DNA of 64,000 nt from Cyanophora paradoxa CCMP329 (Eukaryota; Plantae; Glaucophyta). The stretch is from positions 1 to 64,000 of the forward strand of contig QPMI01000484.1 of NCBI GenBank assembly GCA_004431415.1, in the 5' to 3' direction. Of the stretch, positions 46,227-55,319 are shown one piece after another. The notes under the pieces are model-generated. The model was given only the letters and a program-made list of their open reading frames with translations. It was not told the origin of the DNA and made no database searches. Numbering within the stretch: the stretch's first letter is position 1; each line of letters begins with the position of its first letter. The translations under genes were made by a program, and so were the position numbers.

Positions 46227-47249
46227 ATGTCCACACAAATAGCAGTTCCTGTTTTCTGTTATGCCGCCCCAAAAATACATCAACTGAACCATACAGTAAC
46301 AGATGCAACACCTGGGTTTATTTGCACAGAAACAACAGGGGCTGATTCGTTTTCACAAAATTCTGTGATTAGATGCAAAGAAATTCGATGTGATCGCAAT
46401 GGGGGAAAAATAAGAACCACAGGACTCATTGTATCTAACAAGAACCAAGTCCAATCAGGTCAAATTGTTTCAGATACAGCAATTTATGACAATGTGGGAG
46501 GGTTCACCACACCCAAAATAGTTACTTTTGATAATACAATTAATAATGCTGCTCTTTCAGTTAGAAGTGGAGGGGCATATATTGGAGATGGGGCAAGGAT
46601 TGATGGAACTCTAACAGCCAATCAAGTAAACATTACAGGAACAAGCACATTTACAGGTTCAGTAACAGCCAATGGAGGCATAAGTATTCCAGAAACAACA
46701 CAATCGATAATAACAGCAACTTCCAAGGTGGTCACACCTGAAATCGATACAGGAGCAAATGTGAATCTTGTTTTGAAACGCAACAGTGATATTATGGCTA
46801 CTCTGGAAGCCAATCGCTTGACAATCAACACAAATTGTTATTTAAAATATGACTATCAGCCTCGATTTTCTGTTCAACTTAATTATCCTCATGTTGCTAC
46901 CAGTGAAACTGCTCTTATCAATTGGGGGGTAGTGTTTGTGAATAATAGGGGGGCATTCAATGTGGGTAATGGTAGGTTCACTGCTCCTGTTGCAGGTCAT
47001 TACAGATTTACAGCATATACCCATTCAACATCAAGTAGTCCAATAAGTCTCTCTTTAAAAGTAAATGACCAAGACCCAGGGGGTCAAAGTATCATAACAC
47101 AAAATGACTCAACTCTTACGAATAAACCGCTTTACATTAGTGTAATTCTTAACATTGCTATGGGTGAGTATATAACACTTGTAACAAATAATGGGGGTAG
47201 CTACACAAATCGAACAACATTCACAGGTGAACTTTTGAGTGTCACATAA
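46227..47249 (+). CDS. Short fibre-like protein with C1q-like head
   Basis: Same N-terminal family; NNRGAFNVGNGRFTAPVAGHYRF..TTFTGELL. Confidence 0.82.
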   Translation: MSTQIAVPVFCYAAPKIHQLNHTVTDATPGFICTETTGADSFSQNSVIRCKEIRCDRNGGKIRTTGLIVSNKNQVQSGQIVSDTAIYDNVGGFTTPKIVTFDNTINNAALSVRSGGAYIGDGARIDGTLTANQVNITGTSTFTGSVTANGGISIPETTQSIITATSKVVTPEIDTGANVNLVLKRNSDIMATLEANRLTINTNCYLKYDYQPRFSVQLNYPHVATSETALINWGVVFVNNRGAFNVGNGRFTAPVAGHYRFTAYTHSTSSSPISLSLKVNDQDPGGQSIITQNDSTLTNKPLYISVILNIAMGEYITLVTNNGGSYTNRTTFTGELLSVT

Positions 47250-47271
47250 ATTTTCTCTTTATAAAGTAGGA

Positions 47272-47538
47272 ATGTCGAATATCTACCAAGTAGTTCTCTC
47301 AGATACTGAGAAGCTGGGAATGGAATTCTGTGCAGCTTCTGTTCAGGATTGGATTGATAATGTGGTTCATAACAGGGCAAGAATTGCAATTGATGATATT
47401 GTTCAGAAAGAGATCCAGTCTTGCATTGCATCAGGAATTCAAATACCAACCTCAAAGGAAGCCATCGTTTTACAGGCATTCCAAAGGGGAACTGTAAAGA
47501 AAGGTATCGAATATAATTATGTCACAGAAGAACAATGA
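47272..47538 (+). CDS. Small protein resembling phage tail-fibre-adjacent proteins
   Basis: VQDWIDNVVHNRARIAIDDI..IPTSKEAIVLQAF; family resemblance recalled, not searched. Confidence 0.65.
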   Translation: MSNIYQVVLSDTEKLGMEFCAASVQDWIDNVVHNRARIAIDDIVQKEIQSCIASGIQIPTSKEAIVLQAFQRGTVKKGIEYNYVTEEQ

Positions 47539-47573
47539 ACATTATTTTTCTTTCCTTCTTAGTAAAAGAAGCA

Positions 47574-48428
47574 ATGGGTGAATATAATCGAGTTCAACTG
47601 CCTATATATTCCCTTGGATCCCCTGCAATGCACTTTCGCCAGCATGAAGTTAATGATGAGGTTCGTGGTTTAGAATCCACAGAGAGACCCAATTCCAATG
47701 GTAACTCCTTTGATAAAAATTCGATTATTCGAGTTAAAGAGCTGAGAGCTGATAAGAATTCTGGTGTGGTTAAAACAACTCGACTTCTTGTCACAAATGC
47801 TAACTTTTTCCAGCCTACCAATGGAGGTCCTGATGCTTACAGTGTTGATCTGAAAGCCCTTGATTATGATAAAAACACTGCTGCTGTAACTGTGAGATCA
47901 GGAGGAGCATTTATTGGTGGTGGCTGCAGAGTTTCAGGTCAGCTATCTTCATCTGTTTCCTACAATGATGTCCCAGATACTCTCGAACAAAATGTGGAGA
48001 ACCCACAACGAATTCGTTTCTACACACCTGTTGCACAGCAACCTTTTTTGCATTTCTATGTTGCATCCTCTGTAACTCTTGAGAATTCGGAATTAGTTTC
48101 CATTACAGGAACTGATCGAGTAAGAAGAAATATTCCTCTTCCCACTGCAATGCTTTCCATGTGTAGAGCCAATAATAATCAACCAGGACACAACTACTTA
48201 TTCTTTGTTCAAGCTTCGAACCATTTTGGCAGAGGATATTGTGTTTATAACAATTTGACATTTACCTATGATCTGTTTGTCACTGAGGTTGGAGTATACA
48301 ATACTATGATTATGGGACTGAGAACAGATATAGCAGCTGTATCAGCACTTCGTGGGGTAAATGTTGCTGATATATTCACAACAGGATTTTACCAAGAATT
48401 AGATGTAATTGATGACCCAACCCCATAA
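47574..48428 (+). CDS. Short fibre-like structural protein (ortholog of 23206)
   Basis: Two amino-acid differences from the A copy. Confidence 0.75.
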   Translation: MGEYNRVQLPIYSLGSPAMHFRQHEVNDEVRGLESTERPNSNGNSFDKNSIIRVKELRADKNSGVVKTTRLLVTNANFFQPTNGGPDAYSVDLKALDYDKNTAAVTVRSGGAFIGGGCRVSGQLSSSVSYNDVPDTLEQNVENPQRIRFYTPVAQQPFLHFYVASSVTLENSELVSITGTDRVRRNIPLPTAMLSMCRANNNQPGHNYLFFVQASNHFGRGYCVYNNLTFTYDLFVTEVGVYNTMIMGLRTDIAAVSALRGVNVADIFTTGFYQELDVIDDPTP

Positions 48429-48451
48429 AAGATATATCCCTTTAATGTAAA

Positions 48452-49285
48452 ATGGCTGAGCAACCCCCACTTGAACGAATTATTACACCACAGCTATCAT
48501 TAGCTGCCCCAGCAAACCATGTTCTGCAGCATGCTACCTTTGATGATGTGGAAGGTCTCCAATCAACAGAGGTCCAACCTACAATGAACACCTTTGGTTC
48601 CACCCACAAACTGAGATTACAGGAACTCAGGTGTGATAAAAATAATGGAATAGTTAAGACAACTAAGCTACTTGTCACAAATGCAAACTTTTCTGCTCAT
48701 TATGGAGACCCAGATAGCTATGGAGATCCTCTGTCTACTTATTCTTTTGAATCTAGGTCGGGAGCTATTAACTGCAAATCGGGGGGAGCTTATATTGGTG
48801 ATGGTCTTAGGGTTGGTGGGGCTGTTGGAGCGCCTTTATTTGTGAATGATCAACCCAATCCCATTGATCCCAATACAAGAATTCGAACCTATGTCCCCAG
48901 CATGAATGCCCCATACATTATAAAGATATTCCCCATTGTTGTAAATGAACAAACAGCAGTAGTAGACTCCCTTGTTGAGATTGGTGACCACTACAAGGTG
49001 GTTGTGGATATCCCACCAGATGTTTATGCTCTTTGTCAAGTAGAGGGTGGAACTCCTAATTTTGCAGTTGTGATCACCCCATATGATAATTTTGGTATTG
49101 CTTATCATGGAGTCAATTTCGGTTTGGAAGACTATCAGTTTCTGGTTAGAGCCACCAAGTTTGGTATCTACAAGTGTGTATTATATGCTGAGAGAACCGA
49201 TTTTATTGCAAGGCAGAATACCTATGCTGAGTATTATGGGACAAATCGATATTTCCCCATTTTCGGGCAGGATACTGCTCCATAA
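48452..49285 (+). CDS. Short fibre-like structural protein (ortholog of 24084)
   Basis: One amino-acid difference and many synonymous changes. Confidence 0.75.
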   Translation: MAEQPPLERIITPQLSLAAPANHVLQHATFDDVEGLQSTEVQPTMNTFGSTHKLRLQELRCDKNNGIVKTTKLLVTNANFSAHYGDPDSYGDPLSTYSFESRSGAINCKSGGAYIGDGLRVGGAVGAPLFVNDQPNPIDPNTRIRTYVPSMNAPYIIKIFPIVVNEQTAVVDSLVEIGDHYKVVVDIPPDVYALCQVEGGTPNFAVVITPYDNFGIAYHGVNFGLEDYQFLVRATKFGIYKCVLYAERTDFIARQNTYAEYYGTNRYFPIFGQDTAP

Positions 49286-49307
49286 GAATATTGGTTATAT
49301 ATAGAGT

Positions 49308-49580
49308 ATGGATAGTAAAACAAAAAAGTTTATTGATGCTGCTATGACAGTTCATGGTAAAGATAAATTCGATTACAGTGAGACACATTACATCAAAGCT
49401 CAAGAGAAAGTATCTGTGAGATGTTTGCAGTGTAATAAGGTGATCCTTACCTATCCCTTTAATCATGTGAAGGGATCAGGTTGCAGGGACTGTAACAAAA
49501 GAAAGAGTCAAGCACACAGGAAAAGAGCTACTTCATCAATCAGAGTAGAGTATAGGGATATTTGCATTAGGTTTGACTAG
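49308..49580 (+). CDS. DUF723-like zinc-ribbon protein
   Basis: Ortholog of 24940. Confidence 0.7.
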   Translation: MDSKTKKFIDAAMTVHGKDKFDYSETHYIKAQEKVSVRCLQCNKVILTYPFNHVKGSGCRDCNKRKSQAHRKRATSSIRVEYRDICIRFD

Positions 49581-49603
49581 TTAATTTTTCTAAGGTATTC
49601 TTA

Positions 49604-50002
49604 ATGGAGACTCAATACAGAGGCTTTCATGTTATGCTTGATTACAAGGCTAAATCAGCTATTGCAACAGGACATGAGCATGTTAGCTTCCTAGGTAATT
49701 GGATTATGGGAACCCTTGAACAAGCTATATTAAGACAAGGCATAAGAATTGTTCATAAACACTGTGAGATATTTGATGGGAAACTATCACCTCCTGGATT
49801 TGCATTGGTTCTGCTGTTAGATGAAAGCCATTGCACAGCTCATTGTTATTCCAATGAAGGTATGTTAGCAATTGATATATTTAGTTGTGGTAAAGAAGCT
49901 CAGCATAAAACACAATCAGTAGCAGATGAGATCGATAAAACAATGAATTTCTTAACATTTGAGAAGACTGAGAGACATAAACATGATAGATTCCCGTTTT
50001 GA
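49604..50002 (+). CDS. speD: S-adenosylmethionine decarboxylase proenzyme (SpeD-like)
   Basis: LLDESH..H.Y..IDIFSCG; four amino-acid differences from the A copy. Confidence 0.88.
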   Translation: METQYRGFHVMLDYKAKSAIATGHEHVSFLGNWIMGTLEQAILRQGIRIVHKHCEIFDGKLSPPGFALVLLLDESHCTAHCYSNEGMLAIDIFSCGKEAQHKTQSVADEIDKTMNFLTFEKTERHKHDRFPF

Positions 50003-50235
50003 TGGGTTTCTATAATGATAAACAGGGTAATTTACCTTTTTTATTACAATGGCAATCGTTAAAAAAGGATATAATATATCCTTTCCTACAATAGCTTTCT
50101 ACAATGATTTTCTTTCTACAGTAGCTTTTGTTACAATAGAATTCTACTGTATGATGTAGCCGAAATATGAATGCACCCTACATTAAGCAATGTCAAGTAT
50201 TTCGAATACTATTCGATTTCCTTACAATAACACTC

Positions 50236-51416
50236 AGCATCTCCCCTTGATTCCCCCTATTATATTATATTTATATTTAAGTGGACTCAAGGTTGACTCA
50301 TATTAATCGTAAAAGTAGTAAAAGTATATGGATTTTGTTACGAATTCAATGCAAGGGTTGACTAAGTGGGTTGAGTTGACTCAAATTTCACAGGAAATAA
50401 CAATGAATCAGAGTATAAATGCATTTTTTGAATCAACTACACCAACTAACACTGAGAAAGTAGAAGATATCATATAGTATTACCATATATGGTTTGTCAG
50501 GCACTATAATATAGTTGTCAGGCACTTATATAGTATGTCAGGCATTGTCAGGCACCTTTTTAGAAAACTTTTCTATAATTCAAATTTCATTGTTGATCCA
50601 AACAATGACTTTGCCAAAATAAAATACTTTGTCAAAATCGATGGATTTAATGCCTGACAAATAAATGCTGCCTGAAAGATTTTAAATCACATTCCTAAGA
50701 TCACATTTGAATCAACTACACCAACTAACACTGAGATTTTAACAATGAATGAGGTCCTTACTGAATATGGTATGTGTGACAGGTGTGACAGGTCTATCCC
50801 GTGGATTTTAAAAATCAATTTCTCACTAGGACTTTCCTTGGGATGGACCTGTCACACCTGTCACACCTGTCACACCCAATTATTTCAAAAATCCTAAGGG
50901 TCCCCCCTTAGAATCATTAAAACATGATAAAAACATATAAGTTTCATGTATAATTACGATTGGATTCAATAAGAGATCGATTTGTTTTATTAAACAAATG
51001 AATCTAATATGGATCTTAATCGAGTTTAGCGATATATTTCCGATTAAATGAATTAAATTTAATTAAATTTAATCGAGAAAGTACATGAATATAATATCGA
51101 TTAAATCAATTAACAAACAGACCAATCACACATAGTAAAATGCGGAGTTTTAACCAGAGGCAAGATCTAATTGAGATTCAGTTATATTATTCGGAAATAT
51201 ATAGAGATTATCGATAGACTCAGTAAGACTAATCGGAAAATAAGAGAAATTTACGATAAAATATCGAAAAGAATACAAAATAAACGAAATAAATGAATAT
51301 TCGATAAGATATACACAGATTAACGATTGATTGAAATAGAATATACGAGATATATCAACAAAATCAATTAAGATAAGCCGAGGGTTAAAACTCCGCATTT
51401 TACTATGTGTTACCCG
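50236..51416. repeat. Presumed right TIR of element B
   Basis: Inner ~160 bp match the A TIR, followed by different repeat modules and a terminal fold-back; the partner TIR is outside the window. Confidence 0.7.
51128..51410. other. Terminal fold-back of element B
   Basis: 28-bp perfect inverted arms 51128-51155 and 51383-51410 with AGA/GAG mismatch, GGC/GCC pairing and a 215-nt loop. Confidence 0.9.
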
Positions 51417-51482
51417 GTGCCGATTGGCACAGTAACCAGTTGACAGCGTGCTGCCGTGTTTAATTCCGCTGTGCGCGCGCAG

Positions 51483-54104
51483 GGAGGCCCTCCACGTTGT
51501 CGGCCACACGGCAAAGGTGGTGGTGCACGACGTGTGCGTGGAGGGCAAGGTGACACTCGAGGGCGACGGCTCCGAGTACGTCCTCGAGCGCTGCAGCGTC
51601 GACTGCAAGGAGGGCTGCGGCGTCGTCGCCGGAGGGGATTGCTCCTCCTCCCGCGTCACCTTGCTGCGGACCCGTCTGCGCGGCGCGACCTTCCACCCCG
51701 CCGTCATGTTTGAGGCGCCGTCGTCCCGACTCTCAGTCAAGTCGTGCCACATCACCGGCAGCAAGTGCGCGCCGCGAGGGGATCGATATATATCGGAGGA
51801 ATCCGTCTGCGCTCAACAGCCCACCGCAGGTACGGCGTCTTCGCGGACCCCCTCGGCGCATCGGAGGTGGTCGTGGTCGACTCGCGCATGGGCGAGTGCA
51901 TGTGGGGGGCCTACGTCGGCCCGCTCGCCTCCGGCAGCGCCGCGGGCAACGGCGTCTGGGCCTGCGCGGTGCCCTTCCAGGCCCGCAGCGCGGCGTTCGT
52001 TGTCGCCGACAACAACGCGGTCCGCGCCCGTCCGCCGCTTCCATCGAACTCGCCTAAGCTTAAGGCTTTGGCCGGTCAGATTGTGGAGGTGGAGGGCCTG
52101 CACTCCGAGCCGCAGCGGCGCCTGCGCGCCATCGACGGCAAAGTGAAGCTCGTCGTGGACGCGGCGGGCGCCGAGGGCACCTTCCCCTCCCTCGAGGCCG
52201 CATGGCTCGCCCTCCGCGAGGCGAGTCGCTCCCACGGCGTTGCACGATCGCGAGCTTGTGCTCATATATATTCCGCAGGCGTTGAGCGCGGCTCGGCGCG
52301 TGGAAATCTCGCTGCGGGCGGGCAGCTACAGCTCGGGCAGCTGGCTCGCCCTCGGCGTGGCGGGCAAAGAGCTGCTCCTGCACGGCGACCGCGCGCGGGG
52401 CGGCGCGGTCCTCCGCACGGCCCGCTCCCGCCCTTTCTCCGTCGAGGGCGACGGCGCGTCCGTCGTGCTGCGCAACCTGAGCCTCGTGGGACAGCTGTCG
52501 CTGGAGGGCGAGGGGAGCCGCTGGGTTCTCGACCGCTGCGCCCTCGACGGCGCCGGCGCCTCCTCCGTCCTCGTCGACGGCGAGCGCTGCGCCGGATCCA
52601 GTTTGATGGTCCGCCGTGCTCGCTAAACGGCACCTTCGGACTTTCTGAGCAGATTCGCAGGTGGTCAACTCCTCCATCAGCAACAGCGGCCGATCCGCGG
52701 GCATCTCGTTCGACGCCCCGCTCGCCTCCGCGCACCTCGAGGCCTGCGTGTTCGCCTCGTGCGCCACGGGGCTCGACGCGGGCCGCCGCTTCGGGCCGCT
52801 CTGCAAGGCCCAGGCGCGCAACGGCCGATCGATGTCCCAAAGTCTCGTTCTGACATTAATTTTCTGCAGATTTCCAGCTGCTGCTTCTCGGACTGCGGCT
52901 CGGACGCGGTGATCAAGGGCGAGACGCTCAAGCGGCTCGGCTCGGGCGGCGTCGCCAGCAGGCTGACGGGGCCGTCCCTCGCCTACACGCCGGCCCCTCC
53001 GTCGCCCCAGTCGGCAGAGAAGACCCGGCCCCCCGTCACGCCCCCTTCGCGCACCGCCGACCCTCCCAAGGCGGCCGAGGGTCGGGTCAAGTACACGACC
53101 CCTCAGCTGGTGGAAGACACGCAGGCCGCGTACGCCTCGGTCCAGCCTCCCGAGGCGGCCAAGACCGCGTACAAGTTCGCGGGCGCACCCGAAGGCAATA
53201 AGACCCCGGCAGTTGGGCCGGCTCCCCCGCCACACCCGGCCGCCGTCGACACGGCCAATTGCAAGCCGGCTAGCGCTGATCGTGTGGAGACGCGGACCCC
53301 GTCGGGAACGATCGACACGACCACAAAGGTGGAGGGCAACAAGACGACGTACACGTTCACCTACACGCCCGACTGCGCTCGGAAGGGGGCGGCGCCGGCC
53401 CCGCCGCCGCGCCCGCTCAGCAACGACTCTCCAAAGTCTTACTCTAGATCTGGCGGCAGTCGGATCACGAAGCCGCCTTACTCGAGCTCGTCGCCGCTGT
53501 CGGCTGACGGCGTAAAGGAGACGTACAGTACGGTCCAGTCGCCCGACGGCAGCACGCACTCCACGTTCACGTTCAGCTACACGCCCGAGTGCGCGCGGCG
53601 GATGACGAAGTCGCGGGCTTCCGATCACGAGTCGCCGACCCGAGTCGCGACTCTCAAGCAGCTCAGCGACTCCGCCAACGTGAACTCGCCGAGAAACGAG
53701 CAGGCGGAGCAGCAGCGCGCCGCGCTGATGGCGATCCACCCACTGGACATGAGCGTATCTCATGTCGCGGACTGGATGTCAGCGCATGGCTACGAAGCCT
53801 ACGTGCGGACTCGCTCGGCTCTGAGTCTCCATCGGATTATCTTCTCCTGAGTCGCACTTGCGCAGGCGAAGACATTCTCGAATGCCGGCGTAGACGGAGA
53901 CGCGCTCCTCATGCTCTCGGACCTCGACCTGCAGAGGACGTTTGGGATCGCGAGCGTGCAGACGCGCAGCGAGATTCTGCAGGCGGTGCGCCCCGCTCCT
54001 CCGTAGTCGCCTTAAAAGCTTCGAGCAGATTCGAATTCTGACTGGGCGACGCTGTGCATGTTCAGATCGAGCTCTTTGGCCGCGAGCATGGGTTTGTCGT
54101 GTAG
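51483..54104 (+). CDS. Host multi-exon gene (3' part): beta-helix-like repeats, Pro/Thr-rich linker, C-terminal SAM domain
   Basis: Short (~50-80 nt) introns ending in CAG (e.g. 52020-52079, 52609-52660, 53803-53865, 53986-54065); SAM pattern SVSHVADWMSAHGYEAY/AKTFSNAGVDGDALLMLSDLDLQRTFGI. Some exon boundaries are approximate. Confidence 0.75.
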
Positions 54105-54178
54105 ACGTAGCATCGATATCGTTTCTCATTGTACATAATTATAATTATAAAACTTCATAGCTTGCTTCGACCGTTGGA

Positions 54179-54687
54179 TGTCGCAGCTGCATTTCCGCGC
54201 CCGGCAATTCGTTTATAACAGATTCTTGGTACCGATTCGCAGTAGAGTCTAACACCTCGTTCCGCTCAGCGGCTCTTTCAGTACACTAGTACTTGCAATT
54301 GCCTTGACTTCCAGACGCTAGCGCTCTAGACGCTCTGGACCCCCACATTCTGGCGCTACATTTCATCGGCTCTAGATCTACTAGGCTACTAAGTTGACCC
54401 GAAGAATTCGAAGCTTGAGCTTCTCTTCGTGTGTCGGATGGGAAGAAGCCCACCCGGTACGCCCTGCGCGGTCTAGCGCAGGCGGTGGTGATAGCAGGAA
54501 GCACAAGTGGTCTATTCACAAGTGTACCCGTACAGGGACGGCGTACCCCTCAGATGGGGCCGCGCCCGGCGCTAAGTCACAACACAGAGAGCACTACAAG
54601 CTAGAAGCTTACTAGCGCTAGACTAAGGCTAGAGGCTAACCATAGACTACCAGCTAGCCTAGTCCGAGGGCATCGCGGCATGCGACA
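54179..54687 (-). repeat. 3' LTR (509 bp)
   Basis: Bounded by TGTCGCA..TGCGACA and adjacent to a polypurine tract; second LTR not in the window. Confidence 0.75.
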
Positions 54688-54699
54688 ACTCCTCACTCT
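54688..54699 (-). other. Polypurine tract
   Basis: Minus strand AGAGTGAGGAGT immediately before the LTR TG. Confidence 0.65.
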
Positions 54700-55319
54700 G
54701 CATACGATGCGTCCGCGCATCGGACCGCGCCAAGCTCGTCAGCACGCGCAGCGGGTCTCCCAAATCGCGGCGGCGACGGAGCAGGAGCTCCACTCGAGGA
54801 AGATAGGTCATCACCAGCAACCAGCAGCACCAGGTCGACGAAGTCGGGGTAGATAATAAGGGTAGAGGTAGCAGGATCCGATACCGGAAATGCATGTACC
54901 TAGGCAACCCCTGGCAAAGCTCGAAAAGTGCTGAAAAGCATAGACTCGAAACCCGTGGGCTGGCCCAAAACTCGCTCCGTACGGCGAGCACCGCAGGAGA
55001 GGGGCACGGATGGGAAGTTTCACCGCCTCGGAAGAAAACGCGAGGAGGTATCCGGGCCACCCATCAGGCCCAACGAAAGAGCGGGGCACGATAGAGTGAG
55101 CCGCCGACTACACGCCTTTCTGGGGCCGTGCACCAACGAAGCCCCACTCTACCACTCCTCTGAGCTCTAGGGCCCGCGCTCCAGAAAAGGGAACGAAAGT
55201 CTTCATGGAGCCAGCACGCCACCGACCCACGCTTGGCCCGACAAGACAGCGCAAGTGTGATCGGCCGACGTCTCCAAGAGAGGACAAGGCTGAGGCAAAG
55301 CTGGCAAAGAAATCTGCCC

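Larger units (their letters stand above)
34688..51416. mobile_element. Element B: right-hand part of a close relative of element A
   Basis: Collinear and mostly near-identical to A 9920-~25995 from TTTATAGCTGCC onward; own TIR and terminal fold-back; sharp GC shift at ~51411. Confidence 0.9.

Noticed and set aside
34688-50398. Element B as an assembly duplication of element A
   Set aside because: It has many synonymous substitutions, a different ATPase allele, a different fibre cassette and a different outer TIR.
51150-51764. 204-aa minus-strand ORF
   Set aside because: Crosses the virus/host junction and is antisense to a host exon; chance ORF.
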